This document shows, in pieces, positions 53,234-64,000 of a stretch of 64,000 nt of DNA. The stretch spans positions 5,828,001-5,892,000 of the forward strand of contig OZ249437.1 of NCBI GenBank assembly GCA_965235115.1. The letters are read 5' to 3'. Origin of the DNA: Laetmonice hystrix (lineage: Eukaryota). The notes below the pieces were generated by a model. It worked only from the letters and a program-made list of their open reading frames with translations. It did not search any database and had not been told where the DNA came from. Each line of letters starts with the position of its first letter. Position 1 is the first letter of the stretch. The position numbers were made by a program, and so were the translations under genes.

Positions 53234-54673
53234 TTTATCTCTGGTGTCTCCAGGTCGTGCGCCATAATCTCTACCTTACTACCTCCTTCTTTATCTCAGG
53301 TGTCTCCAGGTCGTGCGCCATAATCTCTACCTTACTACCTCTTTCTTTATCTCTGGTGTATCCAGGTCGTGTGCCATAATCTCTACCTTACTACCTCCTT
53401 TTTTATCTCTGGTGTCTCCAGGTCGTGTGCCATAATCTCTACCTTACAACCTCCTTCTTTATCTCTGGTGTCTCCAGGTCGTGCGCCATAATCTCTACCT
53501 TACCACCTCCTTCTTTATCTCTGGTGTCTCCAGGTCGTGTGCCATAATCTCTACCTTACAACCTCCTTCTTTATCTCTGGTGTCTCCAGGTCGTGCGCCA
53601 TAATCTCTACCTTACCACCTCCTTCTTTATCTCAGGTGTCTCCAGGTCGTGCGCCATAATCTCTAACTTACTACCTCCTTCTTTATCTCAGGTGTCTCCA
53701 GGTCGTGCGCCATAATGTCTACCTCCTTCTTTAGCTCTGGTGTCTCCAGGTCGTGTGCCATAATCTCTACCTTACCACCTCCTTCTTTATCTCTGGTGTC
53801 TCCAGGTCGTGTGCCATAATCTCTACCTTACCACCTCCTTCTTTATCTCTGGTGTCTCCAGGTCGTGCGCCATAATCTCTACCTTACCACCTCCTTCTTT
53901 ATCTCAGGTGTCTCCAGGTCGTGCGCCATAATCTCTACCTTACCACCTCCTTCTTTATCTCAGGTGTCTCCAGGTCGTGCGCCATAATCTCTAACTTACT
54001 ACCTCCTTCTTTATCTCAGGTGTCTCCAGGTCGTGCGCCATAATGTCTACCTCCTTCTTTAGCTCTGGTGTCTCCAGGTCGTGTGCCATAATCTCTACCT
54101 TACCACCTCCTTCTTTATCTCTGGTGTCTCCAGGTCGTGTGCCATAATCTCTACCTTACCACCTCCTTCTTTATCTCTGGTGTCTCCAGGTCGTGTGCCA
54201 TAATCTCTACCTTACAACCTCCTTCTTTATCTCTGGTGTCTCCAGGTCGTGTGCCATAATCTCTACCTTACCACCTCCTTCTTTATCTCAGGTGTCTCCA
54301 GGTCGTGCGCCATAATCTCTACCTTACCACCTCCTTCTTTATCTCAGGTGTCTCCAGGTCGTGCGCCATAATGTCTACCTCCTTCTTTAGCTCTGGTGTC
54401 TCCAGGTCGTGCGCCATAATCTCTACCTTACCACCTCCTTCTTTATCTCAGGTGTCTCCAGGTCGTGCGCCATAATCTCTAACTTACTACCTCCTTCTTT
54501 ATCTCAGGTGTCTCCAGGTCGTGCGCCATAATGTCTACCTCCTTCTTTAGCTCTGGTGTCTCCAGGTCGTGCGCCATAATCTCTACCTTACCACCTCCTT
54601 TATCTCAGATGTCTCCAGGTCGTGCGCCATAATCTCTACCTTACCACCTCCTTCTTTATCTCAGGTGTCTCCA
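53234..54673. repeat. 56-bp satellite with 48-bp variant units, about x26
   Basis: Unit tctttatctctggtgtctccaggtcgtgcgccataatctctaccttaccacctcct. Confidence 0.97.
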
Positions 54674-57101
54674 ACCTAATCATGAACTGTTAATGACCGT
54701 TATTATGTCAATACAGTGGTGGACGGGACGAGCAGATCGGACCGTGGGGTGTATAGAATATACCTGTTGGTCCTAGTGCCCCGACCAGCCCTCCTTCACT
54801 CTGGCCTGACGGTCTGCCTGGCGCTCCAGCCGCCGATGACAGAGTGCGCACTCACGAAGTGACCAAAATCACGGTTAAAAAAAAGGAAGGAATTCCTCCG
54901 ATCGTCGGAAAGATTGCGCTGTGTGCGTGACCATGGGATGGTGGATGTTGTGGACCAGGTGTCTTAGCGAGTGTGGACATCGAACCATAAGGCCGCCATC
55001 TAACCTACATTAATCACAATTAACATCGTCTCCAGGGCTTCCGTCCCAACTTTAGACAAAGGTCAACGTACATAAATGATGCAACCTCTATTGGGCCGAG
55101 CAGAAACCTTGATAAATATCTCAGTGAGGCATGTCAACGACGAGTCAATGACCCTAGCTAGCGTGATACGGATGGGCTGATTCACTTTAAAGTGTACAGG
55201 AAGAATGGATGTATCTTTTTTAAAGCCGAGGTGTTTTTTACTCTTTCCGCTCCGACCTCACGCATTTTGGGAGGCTAGACGCCTACTATATGCCTGCATG
55301 ATACCTATACAGCAGTGATATGTGGTGAACAACAACGAGAAGAAGTAGAAGTTATGAAATTCCCAGTAAGCAGACATCAAGATCCTGCTGAGTGTTTCAA
55401 GGACGTGGATGGAGCCCTAAAGTCGACTTCCGGTAAAAGGTCCGCCAATAACGACTTTCGTTGCGTTTTTTTTTTTAATTTCAAGGTTTTACCTAGAACG
55501 GACAAGCAAGTCCTAAGCCATGGATATCATCCTGTCATGAATGTAATTACCTAACATCTGTAAAAAAAAACCTTTCTTCACTTCGCCCGTAATACACTGC
55601 TAATTTATACGGCACTGCGTGCCACCGGCTGCACGTTTCCTAGTCTCTCTTTGTTCCAGAACCTCATACCGTAGTCCCACTCTCCGATTTTCCAAGTCGC
55701 CCAAACCGATCTTCCCAATTTTACATCGTGTACAAAAAGATCGAACAAACGGTCGCCGTGAAATTCAGAATGAAAGAAATTGGGAGAGTCTGGCATGTGA
55801 GACTGTGCAAAAAGCCCACACATCATAAAGATGGAAAACATGGGAAAAGTATCAAGAGTCGTAAAGAGCAGAAAAAGTCATGTCTGAATTGTCAAGGTTG
55901 AACCATTTACTTGGGCAGTCCCTGTGCCTTCTTCCATACCGTCAGCCAGCCCCAAAACTCTTCACCTCACGGATATCCTGGAGATACTAGAAACTTCGCC
56001 CACAAATCACGACGGCCATGCCTGGAAATGCTTCGTGTGCGTCTTACCATTATAACTTAAGTCTAAACATAGAGGTGGACTGCGGTGAGTGCCGAGGGAT
56101 TTCTCGTCCCGTGTCATCGAGGCTCATTCTGGATGATCCAAGGGGGCTCTGAACTTTGTACAGCAAGTGCTTTTAAGGTCATCCATACTTGCGTTCGGTA
56201 ACCAAATGTCACTCCAGTCCATCTGTACCCTCATGGCCGGAAACCTGCCAGCTGGGCTGGCAATGTTGAAACTTGCATGTCTGAAGTCAAGCGACTACTC
56301 TATTCTTAAAATAGGATTCTGAGTCAAAGAACCTTTGTCATTATTATAGAATCAAGCTCGAAACTGTGATGGGGTTGGTATTAAATAGGCGTAACAACGC
56401 AGTAGAAAGTGCGTACATTTTACCTGATACTAGTGATAGCTCCTAACGGTGACAATTCTTGTCACATAATGAAAACAGAGAAAGTCTTAAATGGCGCTGA
56501 CATGTAACGTGAGCTCTATTGAGGATAGGAAGGAGCTAATGCGCTATTACAAACGACATAGGCCATTCAATGTTATCGATGTTGGGCAATTCTACACTCC
56601 TACTAATGCTTAATAATTATTTTAGACGTTAACGAAGTGTCACGTTTCCCAGTTCCTTACTTTGAACTTAAAACATAGCCAGGACCAAGGGAGCCGTGTG
56701 CCAGTGCACAAGGTAAATGTCTCTGTCAAAGTTAATTCTGGACCAAACCTGCTGCCTGCCAGACGGCGCTCGCTAAATATAACCGGCTGGACAGTCGTAT
56801 ATTAGGCCAGGTCAGCAGTAGGACCAGTAAATTAGGAGGTCTGAAGGACTGACGGCACGATCTGCTGTGTTCACCGCTTCGAGACGCAGGGCGGAGCAGA
56901 CAGCCTGGACATGATTTCAAGGCTGGTAATATCGACAACTCTTGGGTCACAACCTGCTTGAAATAATATGATACCATCTGCTAAAGTTATAGTAAAGTTT
57001 CGTGCCAGGGAATAGCTGACTTTACATCATTTGAACCCCTTTAGTATCTCTGGTGCACTGAGCATGGATGCATTACCACGGCAGGGGGTCAGGGTGTCCC
57101 G

Positions 57102-57387
57102 GCCGACAGGTGGCCGCCAGTGACGCGCCGACAGGTGGCCGCCAGTGACGCGCCGACAGGTGGCCGCCAGTGACGCGCCGACAGACGGGTGGCCGCCAGT
57201 GACGCGCCGACAGACGGGTGGCCGCCAGTGACGCGCCGACAGGTGGCCGCCAGTGACGCGCCGACAGGTGGCCGCCAGTGACGCGCCGACAGGTGGCCGC
57301 CAGTGACGCGCCGACAGGTGGCCGCCAGTGACGCGCCGACAGGTGGCCGCCAGTGACGTGCCGACAGGTGGCCGCCAGTAACGTGCC
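57102..57387. repeat. GC-rich 25-bp minisatellite x11
   Basis: Unit gccgacaggtggccgccagtgacgc. Two units carry a 4-bp insertion. Confidence 0.97.
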
Positions 57388-59179
57388 TTCAGATTTGTCG
57401 AGTCGAAGACGGACGGAAAGTGCCACTTGACATGGAAACCAGTGCCGCTCGGCCAACGGTACACCATGCACCACCAGAGGGCCTTTCTGTCCCCAATGTT
57501 ATGGGACACTTCCCCTGTGGCTTGACTTCATCGGAATATTGCCTCCCAGCGAACCTGACCTTTATCATTTTGTAGCAGAGACATTTCCTGGTCGATCTAC
57601 GTATAGAAGGTACGCCGCATATTAAATGTAATAGACATTATTACCTCATGGCAACACATTGCAAGTTTCATATCAAACTGTAAAAAGTTACGAATGTATG
57701 AAGAGAGAATGTTCAAACACAATGCTTGGCAATTTTCAAGTTCCATCCCAGTCTTCAATTAACCACACGGCTGACTGTAATAACACCAAGGCGTATTTGA
57801 TGACGTTTTAATGAGCTTCTGGATATCTGAAACAGCACTGTAAATGAAAACCTGAAACCCTCTCACTGACAGCGACTAAGCCGACTACTGCAGAAAAAGA
57901 TGACCAGAATCGGTCATATCAGCTAGCGAGTGTCTGAATCAGTTCTGAGCCTTTTCATTCACGAAATGTAGAGACTCGGCGACCAGGATTTCTATTCGTG
58001 CAGATGAAATGACAGAGGTGTTGCGTGCAGTTCGTTCTCCTAAAACTCAACACCTAACACTCCTTTTTCACGCTGTCATGTTGGCATTTGATTCCCCCAT
58101 CTCTTGAAATCTCCAAGACCCCGTCGGATTCACAGTCCCATTTGCCCCCGAGGACATTTTCCCCTAGGACTTTTGTCCCGAGGACTCATGCCCCCAACGG
58201 CTTTCCCCGCAAGCATTTTCTTTGTGATTTTACAAACTGCATTACTGAGCAGGTGTTTTGTGTGCTGTGTGCTTCACTAGGAATTCCGTGTGTTACCACT
58301 TCAACCTTTCTGTGAACTACGCAGCTTCATTGCCAAACCAGTCTGTCGTTATTTGTGGACCGTGGAGGAACTTTTGTTCTATTCGAGGCCTGGAGACCAT
58401 CATTTATTGTGTGCGCCAGTCATTCACGGTAGAAACGACCATAGACTTAACAATCCAGCAACGATTCTTACCAGCTCTCTGTTGTGTGTCGGCAAGTGGC
58501 TTTATGTGTGCCCACGACTGACGTGCGTTCTATATTGTTGTTGTATATTTATGCATAATCAAATTAAACTTTATTAAAACTGTATAGCACTAGCTTTATC
58601 TTACGTGTTCATGTCTCCTTTTAAAGCTCAGCTAAATGGCTTTGCACGTAACAACAGGAACTATGTGTACTTTGTATTTTTTAGATACTATCTATATGTG
58701 AAGGCATCTATGATACATGGTTCACAAAGAAATTCACGAACTACTTTAAATCTACTTTAAATCCTGCAGCCAATCCGGGGATGGGGTAGGTAGAGATGTA
58801 TATGCGACAACAGGATACGGTACCTTCAAAGATGCATCGATACATTCTTGATGTTTGTCCACCTTGGGTCAACCATACCAAAATAGGCCGGTCGGGCGGG
58901 CTAGTGGACAAGGCCCTTAAGACTTTCTATCTGTCAATAATAGTAACTACTATATTGCACCATTGTCAAGAAATGAGCCAAGCCAGCGTTATTTGGAAGG
59001 GGGGGGGGGTGTAAAAAAATTTGGCCGCCATGTTGTCATATTTGATCTGAACAAAAGAACCTATATATTCACGTTCCTTGTTTGAACTAAGAGTATACTG
59101 GCTAATACATTGCTCCTCATATGTTTTTCTTTGGATCGACTTGAAAGAAATCATAATCGTTCCGCTCAAAGTCTTACAT

Positions 59180-59369
59180 CCAAGATGGCTGCCAAGCTGC
59201 CATTTTGAGTGACATCAAAAATCTATTTGACGTGCATAATCTTCCGACCGTCCATGATCATTGTGTAAAGTTTCATACAATTTAACCGATACACTTCTGA
59301 GGAATCGCTGTATACGGACGGACGTACAGCAAATTAAAAGCCCCCCCCCCCTTCGGTTGGGGGCTAAAA
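59180..59369 (+). mobile_element. 3' part of a Helentron-associated (HINE/DINE-1-like) element
   Basis: Short acggacggacg repeat followed by a terminal stem-loop (agccccc...ttcggttgggggct) and an A-rich end. Confidence 0.45.
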
Positions 59370-60069
59370 ATTTGTTCCAATTTGATGCAATTCCAATCAT
59401 TCGTATCCAAGTTAGGGCAATGTTCAAAAAAAAAAGAAGCCCAACCTCTGAAGATAACTTTCAATAACTCGAGATTAAAAAGTTTGGCATAGTGGTATTA
59501 GTTCTCCTTATATACCAACATGAATTCATGCAGCAGTGCGCCCAACTCTGCCCAACACAACAATTTCTTTCTCTGATCGACTTCAAGTCTACTGCTGCGT
59601 GTTACTGAACAAATAGAATCCGGTTACAACGTTTCCCTGATATGTACATATAAAATATCAAAGTGTTTGGAAGTCACTAAGGTCAGTCCAACTGTAGATG
59701 GTAATATCCATTTAGCATTTACGGAATCAAGGATTCAAATAGCTTCTGCCTGAGCATATCAGCTATATGTTATTATCTTACCTAAATCTCATCGGCTTTC
59801 AAAATTAATTCTCCAAAATATTAACCGAAGTAAGGGTGCCTTGGTAAACCTAGGCTTGTTGTGAAGGCAGTATGAGTTTTGGGGTTACTAATAAAACTCT
59901 GGTCTAGTTCTCTGACAAGATGGTGGCGAGATGTTGGTAGCCACTGACCCACTGCCTCACCCCAGCCAGGTCATCAAACGTCGCCAGCTTGTTCAGGCTA
60001 TCCACCAAGTCAACAGCCATGCGTGTCTGTAGGTTTAAGCTTGGCAGCGCCGACAGACAGACAGACAGA

Positions 60070-60110
60070 CAGTAGCAACCAATGGCGGCACCTGAGGTGG
60101 CCAATCACGG
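60070..60110. promoter_or_regulatory. Candidate promoter motifs (two CCAAT boxes and a YY1-like aatggcggc)
   Basis: ccaat at 60079 and 60101 in a locally GC-rich segment upstream of the minus-strand gene. Motif evidence only. Confidence 0.25.
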
Positions 60111-63100
60111 AGCTCATTGCTTCTGTAGTAGTCCAGCATCAAGTGACAACCAATTATTGACTGTCAGCGTGGCTGGTCGAGCCTGCCTGGCCGCCTGCCA
60201 GCCAGCCAACATCTTGAGATGGTCACTGCTCGCCTCTCCAGTCATCAGCCACCATTCACAATGAGGCCCGCCTGGCTGCAGCACGTGTGACCGCAGCCCG
60301 CAATCATTCGAATACAAGTTGCCAGCCCTGTTTTCTGTACACACGCCAATCAAACTTGTTGAAGCACGCAACGTTTCACAACACGTCTGGTTGCGACACA
60401 TTACTCCACGAAAATTATGTGAACACACTTTTACAGAACGCAAGCCAGAAAAAGAGGAGGAATTGGTTCTGGTTTTGCAATAAGACCAAAGAAATCATGG
60501 AAATGTTGGTGCTGTGACGGCATGAATTCCTGAATTATTTCCCTCTGCCTTTCTGCAATTTCCTTGGAGTATAATATAAATGCAGGCCATCCAGGCCAGC
60601 TACACAGCAGGGTAACAATAAAAACTGTGGGATGCATCAGTTTAAGTACATCCAGGTTAATAACATGGTGGGAGTAGTCCTCATTGTTCTCATAATTATC
60701 CACACACAGTGCGCCATTAATACATCCACTTAAATGTCAGAATTCATGATATATAATTATTCCTGCTGGTACGCCGGTGGCTTAATCATAATGTATTACA
60801 TTATTGTCACTAATCTAAACATGGACATATTTAAAAATTGGAACGCACTCATGTTTTGCGAGCCTACAGCAACATTTTCTGTAGGGAGAAGAAGCTTACA
60901 GTTCCAACGCTAACATGGATCCATTATGTTTACCCAAAGTTGTATAAAATATACCTGTGTTTGTTTCAATTTCAAAGCTAGGTCTAAATATTCACTGAGT
61001 ACCATACTGACGTAGTCAACACCCTTCATACAATTGACAGTACTTTCCGGATATCTGTCTCAAGTCTTGTCAGGGTACAGGCAACAAACTGGGATCAGCT
61101 TCGTAAAGAAATTCTTAAATACCAACATTATGGTTAATGTTGTGATCATTACTGCCACATTACAGTGAATGGTAGTGCACTTATCAATGGGGTAACACAA
61201 TATAATGTTACTCTCATAAAAGATGCTGCCTATGCATTATCACTATGTGAGCCACATTAATTTAGATACAAATACATCTTTTCCTCGTATAATTACACAA
61301 TCTTTTTTCTTAATCTGGTTGGCGGTGGTTACGTTACAGATAAAGCTTCATTTTAAAAATTTATCTTTCTATTACATGTATTGAAAAAAGTGTTTTGAAC
61401 ACTGTAGTTCAAACACACATCACTGCGACTGAACTACCGCGAATGTTGTGGCTCCTTAAATCCCAACTTGTGCGTTGAGAAATATCAGAAAACGTAGGAC
61501 CCACTCGTGAGATAACGGCCTTCCATTTGTTACGAATTACGTTCTTTACGTCACTAAGCAAAGCGTATGTGACAATCTTTTTGTGTGATGGCGAATCCTT
61601 TCAATAAGCAAACACGCTGGTAGTAATATCGAAATAACCCCCCGTTCACATTAGAGGCTTGTTCCGACACAAGTTGTGTCGGAGGACCAATGTGAACCCC
61701 ACCTGAGACCTCATTCCGTTAAAAAAACCCTGACATGTCACCGTACTGTATAAAATATATTCTGGGGTTTTATTTCTGATTAAAAACCATACCAAATATT
61801 TTAAAACATTATCACAGTGGTCACACTGGAATATCAAATCAAAAATGCCACTCTAGGGAGAGAACTGATCTTTTTTCTTACATTTTTCCACATAAGACAG
61901 CTTGACTGAAACAATAGTACCGGTATTTTTCCTGTCGTACAGGTGGGTTTGTATTCCGTATATTTTTCAGCAAGATCTCGTATATTCTTTCATATGATGC
62001 GTCTTCTAGTCTATATTCACACAGGTGCAACCCGTTTCCCATGTGGTGGAGGCGATTGATTCTTCCGACTGAATGCCATTGTCAATCATCGTCCCACAGC
62101 GCCCGGTGGGGTTGTGGATGAAAACAGCCAGGCTACATAGAAAACACAAAGTCAAACGGAACCTGCCTTATCATATAGCCCAGGGAGTCATCGCTCAGCT
62201 GTCAGATGGAACTCTTCCCCTATGTAAACATCGGCGACAATGGCGGTGCCTGTCAACAGAAGACAACCCCTGCAAAGTTTTCAACAATACGGCCGAGTTC
62301 AGAGGAACAAGGACATATTGAAGTTGGCCTTACAATATCACTGGAAAGATCGAATAGTTTGTAAACTATAAACATCTATCTTCCATCGACTGAATACGTT
62401 TTATGTACGGTGTACAGTTATTCATCACAATACATCACTCAGACGTTTGCAGACCGATACATGATTGTCTGCCTGGTCGTAGCAGAATGCAAGTGAACAT
62501 GCCAGAGAAACTCTTTGCCACACGATACTGACAAAGTGTACATGACCCAGGAACGACGACCGACTTGTGTTACCAGTCAGTCGTCATGGAATGTGGCTAA
62601 ACACGAGTACACTTCTATTACTCCTTTAACGACAAACTATATTGGTTGTCAAGGTCAAATGTCCTCAATAACAAATCAAATGTAATATTTGGTAATCAAA
62701 TGTCAAAGCAAATGTCCAATCAATGAAAAACACAGAACAAATGTCCACCTGGACCAATTCCATATCATAATAGGTATACTAAATGTCATGTCATAACCTC
62801 ACAGGTGGATCAAATGTAGCAGAGGGAATCCATATACCTCTTGGCAGCAAACACAAGCAGACATACCTTACCAGAGGATTTTCGATGCTGATAAACAGCG
62901 CCTATATCATACCTACGACTCGTTGATCATCCCTACGACCAGGGAGAGGACTATCTTAAAGTGGCCAGGGTTCTTGGCATCAAATCATAAGCATTTCAAA
63001 GACTCGTGACAATTATTGGAATCACTATTTAACATTTGATTTCCCTTGTGGACATTCAAGAAATACGAGAAAGTGGATAAAAGAATAGATTGAAATGAGG

Positions 63101-63229
63101 ACAAACAATATTCTTTAACTAGTTTAAGAGCTTTGTTTTGCGCCTAATTATGGCACTATCTGTATTTGATATCACTATGTAACATTTGATTTCCCTAGTG
63201 GACATTTCATCTAGCTAATTGGACATTTA

Positions 63230-63630
63230 ATTAGCTATCTGGACATTTGGCTTTAGCTAATTAGACATTGAGTTACCTATCTGGACATTTGAACTGCCTA
63301 TATTGATACAACGTAATTGGTATTCGCTAATTAAACATTGAATTAGATATTTGGACATTTGAACTGCCTATGTTGATGATTGGTATTCGCTAAACATTGA
63401 ATTAGCTATTTGGACATTGAACTGCCTATGTTGATGATTGGTATTCGCTAATTAAACATTGAATTAGCTATTTGGACATTTGAACTGCCTATGTTGATGA
63501 TTGGTATTCGCTAATTAAACATTGAATTAGATATTTGGAAATTTGAACTGCCTATGTTGATGATTGGTATTCGCTAATTAAACATTGAATTAGCTATTTG
63601 GACATTTGAACTGCCTATGTTGATGATTGG
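63230..63630. repeat. About 63-bp degenerate tandem repeat built from tggacatt/aaacatt sub-repeats
   Basis: tggacatttgaactgcctatgttgatgattggtattcgctaattaaacattgaattagctatt recurs about 5 times. Confidence 0.9.
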
Positions 63631-64000
63631 GGTAAACTCGTGGAAATTTGACCTGGAAAACCTATATAATAGAATTGCGAAATTTGGACCAACTTTTTCT
63701 TGAAACCTGTTTCTGAAATGAACAGCGGAAATGTGAAATTATAAGATTAAAATGTAAAACTTGATCTTTTTAAAACTTTCAAATAAATCAATCTTGATGA
63801 TATGTATCTCGATAGTACATGTGTATCCCTTTTTCCCCTCAAGACTACTATTTATCATGCTCGATACCGAGACATACAACTTGGGATATACAAGGTTATT
63901 CATACAACATCCGGAGATACGTACCTTGAAGCCGAAATCCCCGCATCATGATGGATACAGAACCTAACAAACGCTTACGAGCCAGTTGAACTGGTGAAAG

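Noticed and set aside
13548-57387. Tandem arrays as CRISPR arrays
   Set aside because: The units are head-to-tail with no unique spacers, there are no cas genes, and the context is eukaryotic.
60431-60703. IN...F...WPG pattern resembling Harbinger transposase
   Set aside because: The spacing is off and the conserved DGT and HD residues are missing.

Overview
Eukaryotic (metazoan, most likely marine invertebrate) genomic DNA. I found no prokaryotic genes, rRNA, intact tRNA or CRISPR array. Most of the window looks intronic. The one recognisable gene is on the minus strand and resembles the N-terminal part of MGAT1/GnT-I (Golgi alpha-1,3-mannosyl-glycoprotein beta-1,2-GlcNAc transferase). A cytoplasmic-tail/signal-anchor exon (51504-51599, MKRRSVTFCVLVVFLTWNVMTYFFVARGPQTK) is followed about 42 kb downstream by two homologous coiled-coil stem exons (9223-9376 and 7592-7718). 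Both stem exons have the same intron phases (0->1) and cannot be joined to each other in frame, so they look like a mutually exclusive exon pair. This is the most interesting observation in the window. I could not find the catalytic exons; they presumably lie beyond the left edge. The rest is more than 20 unrelated minisatellite arrays (which explain nearly all long ORFs in the track), several non-autonomous DNA transposons (Tc1/mariner-, Harbinger-, Kolobok- and hAT-like), a tRNA-derived SINE, Helentron/HINE-like fragments and unassigned decayed ORF relics. All family assignments come from motif recall, not database searches.
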